DNA of 64,000 nucleotides from Planctomycetota bacterium (GTDB taxonomy: Bacteria > Planctomycetota > UBA8108 > SXIK01), in the NCBI GenBank assembly GCA_965223265.1, contig OZ244999.1:1728001-1792000 (forward strand). The letters run 5' to 3'. A model generated the notes under the pieces. It was not told the origin of the DNA, ran no database searches, and worked only from the letters and a program-made list of their open reading frames with translations. Made by a program: the position numbers and the translations under genes. Shown here one piece after another: positions 9,647 to 18,709 of this stretch (positions are counted from its first letter, which is position 1; every line of letters begins with the position of its first letter).

Positions 9647-11068
9647 GTGCTGACGATTCCCGGACAGTCGAGTCGCTATTGCGACGGCCTCTCTCGACGG
9701 AGCTTTCTCAGAATCGGCTCGCTCGCGATGGGCGGCATTTCGCTGCCAGAACTCCTCCGTGCAGAGGCCGCCGCAGGCGTGCGGTCGTCGCAAGCTCGGT
9801 CGCACAAAGGAATCATCATGATTCTTCTGACCGGCGGTCCGACGCATCTCGACACCTACGATCTCAAGCCGGACGCCCCGACCGAGATCCGCGGCGAGTT
9901 CGCACCGATCCCGACCAACGTTCCGGGGATTCAGATTTGCGAGCTGATGCCCCAAATGGCCACGGTGATGGACAAGCTCATTGCAGTGCGAACCCTCACT
10001 GGCGGACTTGACGATCACAACACGCACCAGTGTACGACCGGATGGGAGAGCCATCCGGCGTCTTTCGACTCGCGTGAGGTGCCGGGGTATCCGGCAGGTG
10101 GTTGGCCATCGATGGGAGCCGTGATCTCGAAGGTTCAAGGGGCCGCCGTGCCTGGTGTGCCTCCCGCGGTTGATCTCACTCCTGTCTACTACGATTCCCG
10201 CTTTATGTTGAAGCAGCCGCCGTGCCAAGCTGGCTTCCTTGGTTCGCAGTACGACGGATTTCAGGTTCACGCCGTCGACCGGCGCAATATTGCGCTTCAC
10301 GGCGTCGGGGTCGACCGATTGCGAGACCGCCAATCGCTCTTGAGCAGCCTCGACCGATTCCGTCGCGCCACAGACGCTGCTGGGGCGATGGAGGGCGTCG
10401 ACGAATACACCCAACAAGCATTTAGCATGATGACGTCACCGCGACTTGCCGAGGCGCTCGACCTCGAGCGCGAAGACCCGCGCGTCGTGGCACGTTATGG
10501 AGTGGACCTCAAAGCCGCTCCCGTGCGGGAAGGGCCGCGTCACTTGGATAACTTCCTTATGGCGCGCCGGCTGATTCAGGCCGGAGCTCGTCTCGTTGCA
10601 TTGACGTTTAGTCGCTACCCGTTCGGGCGTATGTCACAGGGCGATTACAACTGGGACTGGCACACCAACAACTTCGAGAATTCTCGCAAGACGCTGCCGA
10701 TGTTGGATCGTGGCATCGCAGCTCTTGTGGAAGACCTTGATCAGCACGACATGCTCGACGACGTTTCCGTCGTCGTCTGGGGCGAGTTCGGCCGAACGCC
10801 GCGCATCAACAAGAACGCCGGGCGCGACCACTGGCCGAAGGTTGGCAGCGCCATCCTCGCCGGCGGCGGCATGCGCACCGGACAAGTCGTCGGTAGGACC
10901 ACACGCCTCGGGGACGACGTGCAGGATCGACCTGTTCACTTCCGTGACGTGTTGGCGACCCTCTACCACAACATAGGGATCGATCCGGCGAGCCTGCAAT
11001 TAACGGATTTGTCGGGAAGGCCTCACAATCTTCTCGATGGCCATCGCCCGATTCGTGAAATCGTCTGA
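9647..11068 (+). CDS. DUF1501 domain protein
   Basis: CDGLSRRSFLRIG Tat-like N-terminus, GGPTHLDTYDLKP, WDWH, GEFGRTPRIN, GRDHWP. GTG start at 9647 follows GAGGT. Confidence 0.9.
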   Translation: MLTIPGQSSRYCDGLSRRSFLRIGSLAMGGISLPELLRAEAAAGVRSSQARSHKGIIMILLTGGPTHLDTYDLKPDAPTEIRGEFAPIPTNVPGIQICELMPQMATVMDKLIAVRTLTGGLDDHNTHQCTTGWESHPASFDSREVPGYPAGGWPSMGAVISKVQGAAVPGVPPAVDLTPVYYDSRFMLKQPPCQAGFLGSQYDGFQVHAVDRRNIALHGVGVDRLRDRQSLLSSLDRFRRATDAAGAMEGVDEYTQQAFSMMTSPRLAEALDLEREDPRVVARYGVDLKAAPVREGPRHLDNFLMARRLIQAGARLVALTFSRYPFGRMSQGDYNWDWHTNNFENSRKTLPMLDRGIAALVEDLDQHDMLDDVSVVVWGEFGRTPRINKNAGRDHWPKVGSAILAGGGMRTGQVVGRTTRLGDDVQDRPVHFRDVLATLYHNIGIDPASLQLTDLSGRPHNLLDGHRPIREIV

Positions 11069-11154
11069 CGACGTGTCGCACCGGTAATCCGCAGCGAAAA
11101 GGTGCGGGGAGCAGCCAAGAAGCGCGGCGCCTCGTCTCATGGCTCGCGATGAAC

Positions 11155-12969
11155 TCACTGGCTACGGTCCCAAGGGAAGCTTAGCGTCGGTTGGTTCGCA
11201 TAGCGTCGCATTTTGATCCGTAGACGGCGACCACAGCCTGGCCCGAGACGCGCCGTGAACTGAGAAGCGTCAACCCGGTGGTGACGATCGCCGTCGCCCA
11301 CCGTCTCGAACTGATGTTCACCGTAGGCCCCTGCCTGAACGGTGACTGTGCGTGCATCAAGTTGGTTGACGTTGACGAGTGTCACAACGACCTCGTCGTC
11401 TGTCATCTTCTCGATGAGCGCTGCGACTCCGTCAGGTACGCCGGCACGTCTCTTGATCGGGTCGAAATAGCGTAGGCGGCAGTGGAGGATCAGTCCATTC
11501 TTGCTGGGCAACAGCCCGCCCATCATGAGCTCAGTGAGCGAACGGACCGAGGCAGGGTTGTAGCGCATGGGGTCGTCAGAGAGTCGCGTGTCAGGGGTGG
11601 TTAAGTCTGCACGCATGCCCGCCACTGTGGTGCGAATGTGAGCGAAGTCCGAACGCAAGACGTGCTTCGGGTAGTTGGGGTTTTTGCCGTGCAAGTAGTC
11701 GAACCAGGGGTTTGCGGCGGCACGGCCTAGATCGTCGTCGCGCAATGTTACATAGTAAATCTCGGTGGCACCGGCACGGTACGGGTTCGGTTGAAAGTTG
11801 TACCAACCGTCGTCACCGTACTTGTGCGGGTAGAGTGTCTTGCCGTCGACAACCTTCTTGTTGGCATTGACGAGATCCATCTGTGTACGCCATGGATCGA
11901 GGAGGCTGCGGTCTCCAGTGAGTAGCACGGCGTTGAGGAAGCCGTGAATACCGCGGTTGAACGTTTGACGATGCGCCAGGCCGCCCGTCTGCGGCACAAC
12001 GACTGTGAAGCCCCAACCGTAGACGCCGCCGTACCACTTGCCGCCTGCGGCACTGCCGATTTTCCCGTCGAGGCCGATGTTGGTCGGGATGATCGAGTCG
12101 TTTTCGATCATCCTCTCGCGCCATGCTCCGACGTACTCAAGGATCCACTCCTTATACTTCGGCTCCTGCTCGAGCATGTACGCATTCAGCGCCAACGCAG
12201 TTGCGAGCAGATTTGACGGATGGTCGCCGATGATGTCGTTGTAGTCCTTGAAGTGAGCGACCATTTGTTCGTAGTTTTCCTCGCCGTGTCCGAGCTCGAA
12301 GCGCCCTTCGACTTCGATCGGATCGCCGGCCCAGTCCAAACCGGTGGCTTTGCGGAGCAACGGGCCACGGCTGCCGTTGAATAGGCTGCGGATGATTCTG
12401 TGCTCGGGGTCGTAGTTCGGTGCCTGCGGATCCTCGTTCAAGTAGAAACCTGCATAGCGTCGCACGCGCTTTTGAAACTGGTCGTTGTAGGGATCGGAGA
12501 GACCTTGAAAGCTGAAGACGGTGAGGCCTTCGCTGTTGTGAAGCCAGTCGAACATGACCGGAAATTCTTTGTAGTACATGCCGTCGCGCGCAAACGGAAC
12601 ATCGACCGTCTTGGCGAGTGTGTACTGGCGCAGATGCCCCTCCCACGCCTTTTTGTACATCGTGAGAATGGAGTCGGACGCGCCGAGGGCGTGCAAGATC
12701 GGCCAATGCGTCAAGTTCTCGATCGCGTCGTCCGGACCGTCATCGCCCCCCCAACGTTCGACGCAAAGCAAAAATCCGCGTTCGTCGAAGTAGCGCTCGA
12801 AGAACTCCTCGCATGCCGGTACGTGCGCGCGCAGGAGCTCGCGCTCGAGTAACGCCCAGTCAGGCGGCAACATTTGCGTCTCGATTCTAATCGTGTCGGC
12901 CGCCAGGGTGAGTTTGACTGTCGCTACGAAGCAAATCACGAAAAGATCGAATCGGCAGCGGCGTTTCAT
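11155..12969 (-). CDS. Secreted conserved hypothetical protein (possible alpha/alpha-barrel enzyme)
   Basis: 604-aa ORF with a signal peptide and realistic aromatic/acidic composition. Contains the acidic motif ERWGGDDGPDDAIEN. Confidence 0.7.
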   Translation of the reverse strand: MKRRCRFDLFVICFVATVKLTLAADTIRIETQMLPPDWALLERELLRAHVPACEEFFERYFDERGFLLCVERWGGDDGPDDAIENLTHWPILHALGASDSILTMYKKAWEGHLRQYTLAKTVDVPFARDGMYYKEFPVMFDWLHNSEGLTVFSFQGLSDPYNDQFQKRVRRYAGFYLNEDPQAPNYDPEHRIIRSLFNGSRGPLLRKATGLDWAGDPIEVEGRFELGHGEENYEQMVAHFKDYNDIIGDHPSNLLATALALNAYMLEQEPKYKEWILEYVGAWRERMIENDSIIPTNIGLDGKIGSAAGGKWYGGVYGWGFTVVVPQTGGLAHRQTFNRGIHGFLNAVLLTGDRSLLDPWRTQMDLVNANKKVVDGKTLYPHKYGDDGWYNFQPNPYRAGATEIYYVTLRDDDLGRAAANPWFDYLHGKNPNYPKHVLRSDFAHIRTTVAGMRADLTTPDTRLSDDPMRYNPASVRSLTELMMGGLLPSKNGLILHCRLRYFDPIKRRAGVPDGVAALIEKMTDDEVVVTLVNVNQLDARTVTVQAGAYGEHQFETVGDGDRHHRVDASQFTARLGPGCGRRLRIKMRRYANQPTLSFPWDRSQ

Positions 12970-13219
12970 GACATTCTCCGCAAGAACTGTGTGGGTCGGT
13001 TGGTGGGGGCGGGATGGTGCGAGCAGTACGAGAAAAGCTCGCGAAGTCTGAGGTGGCGGCTCCGCCCGAATTGGCCTACGCTGAGGGAAGAGGTTAGACT
13101 AAACGGCGCCAGGTTTCCTGTCTACTCGAAGCCTCGCCACGCCGCGGCGGTTGCGTGGCAGTCATGCCTTACGCCGATTGGACAAGAAACTCTGAACTGA
13201 TGCCGGGGGTTGATTTGCT

Positions 13220-15688
13220 GTGGACTTGAAGCGGTGTCGTTTCTGTTGGATCGTTGCGCCCATTTTGGTCATGGTCGGCCAGGTCACGGTTGCGCAGCCC
13301 TCAGCACGCGATTACAGCTCTGTGGTGATCAACGAGTTTTTGACCTCCAACCGCTTCACGAACCGCGACGAATTCGGCCGTAGTACTGACTGGGTTGAGC
13401 TTCACAATCGGGGTGACCGGAGGATCGATCTTGAGGATTGTGCTCTTTCCGACGACATCAATGAGGCGCGTAAATGGGTCTTCCCTTCCGTGTCGTTGGG
13501 CGCCGGGGGCTACCTGGTCGTATGGCTGTCCGGCAAGAATCGAGCTGCATCAGCTGAACGAGCCAGCGGCGATGACAACGACAGTCGGAGTCGTCTTTTC
13601 GAGCCGACCCTTCTGCCTTTGGGAGTGAAGTGGCGCTACGTCGATGGCCGTGCACTCCGTGGCCCTCTACCGGCCAAGTGGACTTCATTGGGCTTCGATG
13701 ATCGGCGCTTTCGCAGCGGGCGTTCGGGGTTCGGGTACGGCCCTGATCATGCGCATCCAACACGCCTTCGTGACGGTGCGAGTGTCGTTTTTGTGCGGCG
13801 ACGATTCACGATCAAGAATCTTTCTGCTGCAAGACGACTCGCTTTACGCATCGATTATGACGATGGTTTCGTCGCCTACTTGAACGGTCGGCGCGTCGCC
13901 GCCGCAAATGCGCCGAATGAACTCAGCTCGCGATCGCGGGCAACGGCGCGGCGAGAGTCCGGCGTCCCCGAAGTCTTCGATCTCAAACGAAGCGTACTTC
14001 GTCGAGGGAAGAACGTATTGGCGATCGCCGCGTTGAACATCAGCCCGAGTAGTAGCGACCTCGTGCTTCGGCCGGAGCTCGGCGTGCTGCGACAGAATCT
14101 TCACGCCACCTTCAAGCTCAAGAAGGAGGGAGGACATCTGCTGCTCAGTGGCCCAGACGGCGAGCGGATTGCACATGTCGAATACCCAAAACAGGTGCGT
14201 GATCATTCGTACGGACGAACGACGAACGGCGAGTGGCGCTTCTTTTTGACGCCGACTGCCGGCGCAAAGAATCACACCGTTGCGCATGAGCAAACACGTG
14301 CCGGTCGGGTCAGAATGGAGCCGGCTGCGTCTCGCCATGATCGTCGTGTGGAAGTGTCCATGGGGCTGAAACATCCGGAGGGCTACGACATCCGCTTCAC
14401 CACGGACGGGTCGTTGCCTGACGCGAAGAGCCGGAAGTACGAGGAGCCGCTGGCGCTCAGAAAGACGACCGTGCTGCGCGCTGCGTCGTTTGTCGGGCGC
14501 GAAAGATCAGGTCCAGTGGTGTCGAAGACGTATTTCGTCGGCTCATCGGTACCAAAGTTTCGCATTCTATCGATCACAATGGACCCGGAAGATTACTCAC
14601 TGGTCCACGACAGCGACGAGGCACGGGGACGAGCATCGGAGCGGCGTGCGCACCTGGAATTGATCGAAGCTGACGGCAAACTCGGCTTCGCGACCGAGTG
14701 TGGGTTGCGCCTTCACGGTGGGTACGGCCGGCGCGGCGACATGGATCGAAAGAAATCGTACCGCGTCTACTTTCGCGGTGCGTATGGGAAGAAGTCGTTG
14801 GACTATCCTCTTTTTCCTGATGGAGAAGACGCCAAGGTCGACAAGCTCGTGTTGCGCGCTGGGCTCGATGACTGCGTTTTTCTTCCATCGGATCGACGAG
14901 CTCGAGCAACGTATCTTCGGGATCAGCTGATACGGGACCTACACGGCGATATGGGAGCCGTCGCGGCGCGTGGAACGTGGTGTCTCTTGTACGTCAATCG
15001 GCGACCGCGTGGACTTTTCAACGTCACCGAGCGCATTGATCAAAAGTTCTTGAACCGTCGCCTCGGAAAGTCGAAGTGGGATTTGATCATGACTCGAGAC
15101 GACGTCCAAGCAGGAAGTGCCGAAGACTGGATGGACTTGCGCGAGCGGGCAAAGCGGGGTGAATTCAGCAAGGATAGGAGGCTCAAGCGGTTTCGAAGTG
15201 ACGTCGACATAGAGCGCTTTGTCGACTATCTGATCCTCAACATGTGGGGACAGAATTTTGACTGGCCGCACAACAATTGGTATGTCGCGCGCAAACGCGC
15301 AGATGACGCTAAGTGGTTCTTCATGTGTTGGGATGCCGAGTACGCAATCGGCCTTGAGCCGGCAGGATTTACAGCCGATGCCGTTAGATTCGTTCGTTCA
15401 CGGCGCGGGGGCATCGCTGAGCTGTTCGAAGGTTTGTGGGGCAGCGTACAGTTTCAGCGGTATTTTCGTAAGCGTGCGCGACTTCTTCTGAGCACGACGC
15501 TCAGCGAAGCCGAGGTCAGTAAGCGCATCAGAGCGTTGGCGCAGGAAGTTCGTGGTGGCGTCGAGGTCGAGCTTAAGCTCTACGGTGGCACGATGAAGCA
15601 GTGGACAAAGAGCGTCGAAGGCATGCTGGCGTTCGCCGCGCGTCGTGGCCCGATTTTCCTGAAGCAGCTCGAGCGGGCCATGAAGTGA
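13220..15688 (+). CDS. CotH kinase family protein with lamin-tail and chitobiase/Fn3-associated domains
   Basis: LTD motifs VVINEF, DWVELHN, YPKQVRDHSYGR. FTTDGSLP. CotH motifs GLRLHGG, KKSYRVYFR, LRDQL, GLFNVTERID, DWPHNNW, WDAE. Confidence 0.85.
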   Translation: MDLKRCRFCWIVAPILVMVGQVTVAQPSARDYSSVVINEFLTSNRFTNRDEFGRSTDWVELHNRGDRRIDLEDCALSDDINEARKWVFPSVSLGAGGYLVVWLSGKNRAASAERASGDDNDSRSRLFEPTLLPLGVKWRYVDGRALRGPLPAKWTSLGFDDRRFRSGRSGFGYGPDHAHPTRLRDGASVVFVRRRFTIKNLSAARRLALRIDYDDGFVAYLNGRRVAAANAPNELSSRSRATARRESGVPEVFDLKRSVLRRGKNVLAIAALNISPSSSDLVLRPELGVLRQNLHATFKLKKEGGHLLLSGPDGERIAHVEYPKQVRDHSYGRTTNGEWRFFLTPTAGAKNHTVAHEQTRAGRVRMEPAASRHDRRVEVSMGLKHPEGYDIRFTTDGSLPDAKSRKYEEPLALRKTTVLRAASFVGRERSGPVVSKTYFVGSSVPKFRILSITMDPEDYSLVHDSDEARGRASERRAHLELIEADGKLGFATECGLRLHGGYGRRGDMDRKKSYRVYFRGAYGKKSLDYPLFPDGEDAKVDKLVLRAGLDDCVFLPSDRRARATYLRDQLIRDLHGDMGAVAARGTWCLLYVNRRPRGLFNVTERIDQKFLNRRLGKSKWDLIMTRDDVQAGSAEDWMDLRERAKRGEFSKDRRLKRFRSDVDIERFVDYLILNMWGQNFDWPHNNWYVARKRADDAKWFFMCWDAEYAIGLEPAGFTADAVRFVRSRRGGIAELFEGLWGSVQFQRYFRKRARLLLSTTLSEAEVSKRIRALAQEVRGGVEVELKLYGGTMKQWTKSVEGMLAFAARRGPIFLKQLERAMK

Positions 15689-15729
15689 GTAGAGCCTTCT
15701 GCGCGCGTCCAACACGGCGTGGGGACGCA

Positions 15730-16182
15730 TCACTCAAGACGCAGATGGTGCAGAAAGAGCCGGCGGATTTCTGTGGCACAGCATGAGCCACTTGGCGCTT
15801 TCGTTTCGCACTGGGCGTCATCTCCCTCGGCTTTCAAAACCATGTCGCGCACGATGTCCTTGCGCCCAGCTTCCGCAGCTGTGCGAACCTCGTCAGCGGT
15901 GAAACCAAAGCATGAGCACACCGGCGCGGTGGGGCTCTTTGGATAGGCTGCCGCCGAGAGCGAAGAGCGTTCTGCCGTTGTTCCCCAGGTATCGAAGTAG
16001 GCGACTTGACAGCTCGGATTCGCGCAGTAGTAGGCCGACTCGGAGAACTTGCCTGCCAGCACTTCGGGCAGCTGCGACACGAGGGTCACGCGCGAGACAG
16101 GAGATCCCAGTCCACCGCAGCCCTTGGGCGCGGGACAGCGCGGTTCTCCCGGTTCGGGATCTTTTACAAAGGCCTTGTTCAT
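15730..16182 (-). CDS. CopZ-N-terminal-like Zn/(2Fe-2S) BFD-like cysteine-rich protein
   Basis: Cys pattern RCP..GCG, YYCANPSCQVAYF, PVCSCFGFT, CETKAPSGSCC. Confidence 0.75.
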   Translation of the reverse strand: MNKAFVKDPEPGEPRCPAPKGCGGLGSPVSRVTLVSQLPEVLAGKFSESAYYCANPSCQVAYFDTWGTTAERSSLSAAAYPKSPTAPVCSCFGFTADEVRTAAEAGRKDIVRDMVLKAEGDDAQCETKAPSGSCCATEIRRLFLHHLRLE

Positions 16183-16232
16183 ATGCGTATGGGGCGTCAG
16201 TCGTGTTAGAGTACGCGACGTTGGTTCGCCTC

Positions 16233-16372
16233 GGTCTCCGTCTCTGTCTCCGCTTCCGTCTCTGTCCCCATTGTTGCATGAGAGAAGAGCTTCGACGCCG
16301 CGTGCGATGGCGATTGAGCGAGGGTGAGTATGAGCGTTTGCGTGAGCGTGTCTCCGTCTCTGTCTCCGCTCC
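16233..16372 (+). repeat. Dispersed intergenic repeat copy: conserved core (16266-16318) with hexamer arms
   Basis: CCCCATTGTTGCATGAGAGAAGAGCTTCGACGCCGCGTGCGA matches cores at 33027, 33174 and 46983. It is flanked by GTCTCC/GTCTCT hexamers and GAG-hexamers. Confidence 0.75.
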
Positions 16373-16387
16373 GGCGGCTCAGCCTAT

Positions 16388-17155
16388 CTACAAAGCATAC
16401 TCGGGCTCTTCTCGATCCAAAACGCGCCGAATCGCTTCGAGGTGCCCCGAGGCCAGCTCCGGGTCGTCCGCAAACTGCTTCGCGGCCGTGCGCGCCACTT
16501 CATCGTCGACCACCTTCAACTCTTGACCCGCCGACTGGACCAAGTGCTGAAGGTAGCAGGCCCGCTCCAAATAATAGAGATCGTCGAATGCCTTGGCGAC
16601 CGAGTCGCCGACGACCACGACGCCGTGGTTGGCAAGAAAGACGATGTGCTTGTCCCCCAGCGCTTGGCAGATGCGTTCCCCCTCGCTGGCATCGAGCGCG
16701 AGTCCTTCGTAGCGATCCTCGTAGCTGATGTTGTCAAAGAACCTCACGGCGTTCTGGCTCGCCATCTGCAGCTTGCCGTCAACCGAAGAAGTGATCGCTG
16801 TCGCGTAGGGCATGTGTGTATGGAGAACACACCGCGCCTGTGGGAGACCGAGGTGGACCCGTGAGTGAATGAAGAAAGCGGTTGGCTCCACGTCGTCGCG
16901 TGGGTCAGCCGCCTCTAGTACTTTTCCATCAGCGTCAACGAGAAGAAGACGACTGGCTGTCAGCTCCGACCAGTGATAGCCGCGGGGGTTGACCAGGAAA
17001 TGGTCGGCATCGGGAGCGAAGCTGAAGTGATTACAGATGCCTTCGCTCAGGCCCAATCGAGCTGACCAGCGGAAAATCGCAGCGAGGTCGATGCGTGCCT
17101 GGCGAAGACTCTCAGCGTTCATGGAAAACTTCTCTTTTATATTCTCGAAACTCAA
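16388..17155 (-). CDS. Class II aldolase/adducin family protein
   Basis: EGICNHFS, EPTAFFIHSRVH, metal-ligand motifs HTHMPYATA and NHGVVV. Confidence 0.9.
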   Translation of the reverse strand: MSFENIKEKFSMNAESLRQARIDLAAIFRWSARLGLSEGICNHFSFAPDADHFLVNPRGYHWSELTASRLLLVDADGKVLEAADPRDDVEPTAFFIHSRVHLGLPQARCVLHTHMPYATAITSSVDGKLQMASQNAVRFFDNISYEDRYEGLALDASEGERICQALGDKHIVFLANHGVVVVGDSVAKAFDDLYYLERACYLQHLVQSAGQELKVVDDEVARTAAKQFADDPELASGHLEAIRRVLDREEPEYAL

Positions 17156-17168
17156 TCGAAACAGTGAG

Positions 17169-18503
17169 CTATCGTTTCAGGGTTGAGAGTGCAGCCGCGA
17201 ATGCGGCCACGGTTTCGTCCACATCGTCGTCGGTGTGTGCGAGTGAGGGATAGTACTTTTGTGGCCAACCTTTCAAGACTTGGCGCTTGAGCAGGCCGCG
17301 GTTGAGCAGATCGATGATTTCCATGTCGCATCGCAGTTGGTCGCGGTAGGTATGCACCGGACGATCCGTAACGAAAAGATCGAAGATGACGTCCTCCCCT
17401 GAACTTTGAACGTCGAGCTCAGCCGCTGCGCAAGCTTCTTCGAGTCCCAGGCGCAAGCGGCGTCCTACCGCGTGCAGCCGGTCGTAGGTCCCCGGTTTTC
17501 GTAGCTCGCTCAGCGTCGCCAGGCCGGCGGCGCATGCAACGGGATTGGCGTTGAGGGTGCCGACATGCTGTACGTAGTCTTCAGGTGCGGACGTGTCTTG
17601 GTCATAGACCGAGAGGATTTCGCTACGACCGACGACGGCTGCGAGAGGGAATCCTCCTCCCATGATCTTGCCGACGGCGCACAGGTCGGGAACGACTCCG
17701 TAGTATTCCTGCGCGCCTCCGTAGGCGAGCCTGAAACCCGTCACGACCTCATCGAAAATCAGGGGCACTCCGCAGCGCTGTGTGACTTCACGAAGGTTTT
17801 CTAAGAACCCTGGCTGCGGCGTGAGGAGGCGCTGCAGAGGTTCGACGATGACTCCTGCGAGCTCGTCCTGATGCTTCTCAATGAGTTGCGTCGCCGCTGT
17901 TGCATCGTTGAACGGGGCGATGAGCACCGTGTTTTCGATCGGCCGCGGTATCCCAGCGCAGCACGGCTCAGGTCTCGGGAATTCGGGAGTTTTGGTTGCG
18001 GCCACGCTCATGAGCGCATAGTCGCTCATGCCGTGGTAGCCGCCCTCGAACTTCATCACTTTGTCCCGCTTACGAAACGCCCTCGCGACGCGCAGACACT
18101 GAAAACACGCGTCCGTGCCGCTCGTGGTGAAGCGGACTTTTTCGGCGCACGGAAAAGCGGCGACCAACACCGCGGCGAGCTCGATCGCCTCTACCGCGGT
18201 GGCGAAGAAGCTACTCCCGCGCTGGGCCGCCTCGTTGACGGCCGCGACGACCGCCGGAGCGGCATGACCGAGGATCATCGGGCCGGACCCCATCAACCAG
18301 TCGATGTAGCGATGACCGTCCGCATCCCATAGGTACGCCCCTTTGCCTTCGCGAGCCACAAACGTGGTGGACGCTGGCGGCATGAGATTCCCGATCGTGC
18401 CGCCCGGGAGATAGCAGCTCGCCATCTCGAGCAGGTCTCGTTGCGAGCGCGTTCCCTGAGTCGCTGAGGTTTGGTGCTGATTCACGATCCCTGCTTGAGT
18501 CAT
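17169..18503 (-). CDS. Class III PLP aminotransferase, glutamate-1-semialdehyde aminomutase-like
   Basis: KFEGGYHG, IFDEVVTGFR, PLP lysine in GKIMGGGFP, GTLNANP. Lies 13 bp from the aldolase gene, so probably co-transcribed. Confidence 0.88.
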   Translation of the reverse strand: MTQAGIVNQHQTSATQGTRSQRDLLEMASCYLPGGTIGNLMPPASTTFVAREGKGAYLWDADGHRYIDWLMGSGPMILGHAAPAVVAAVNEAAQRGSSFFATAVEAIELAAVLVAAFPCAEKVRFTTSGTDACFQCLRVARAFRKRDKVMKFEGGYHGMSDYALMSVAATKTPEFPRPEPCCAGIPRPIENTVLIAPFNDATAATQLIEKHQDELAGVIVEPLQRLLTPQPGFLENLREVTQRCGVPLIFDEVVTGFRLAYGGAQEYYGVVPDLCAVGKIMGGGFPLAAVVGRSEILSVYDQDTSAPEDYVQHVGTLNANPVACAAGLATLSELRKPGTYDRLHAVGRRLRLGLEEACAAAELDVQSSGEDVIFDLFVTDRPVHTYRDQLRCDMEIIDLLNRGLLKRQVLKGWPQKYYPSLAHTDDDVDETVAAFAAALSTLKR

Positions 18504-18709
18504 CGACGGCGCGATTTGCCACCGCGCTGAGTTGCAGTTGTGAGCTGCGTACTGTTATATGTCGGCTGACGCGCAGGGATCAATCGCCATCATGCTGATT
18601 CGCGATGCGAGCGCACGCATTGTCGATGTGTCGTGAAACCTGTGTCAGGAAAGAATCTCAACAGGCTGTCAAGGTGAACACCAAACCGTCCAGCGCGAAA
18701 GGTTGAAGA

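Noticed and set aside
9503-10417. Long antisense ORFs (also 39080-40033, 42769-43671, 45187-46230, 51640-52404)
   Set aside because: They are shadow frames overlapping well-supported genes in GC-rich DNA and show no motifs.
13055-13066. Mini-hairpin GGCGGCTCCGCC, with its reverse complement at 32991-33002 (REP-like)
   Set aside because: Only 12 bp in high-GC DNA, so it could be chance. Genome-wide counts would be needed.
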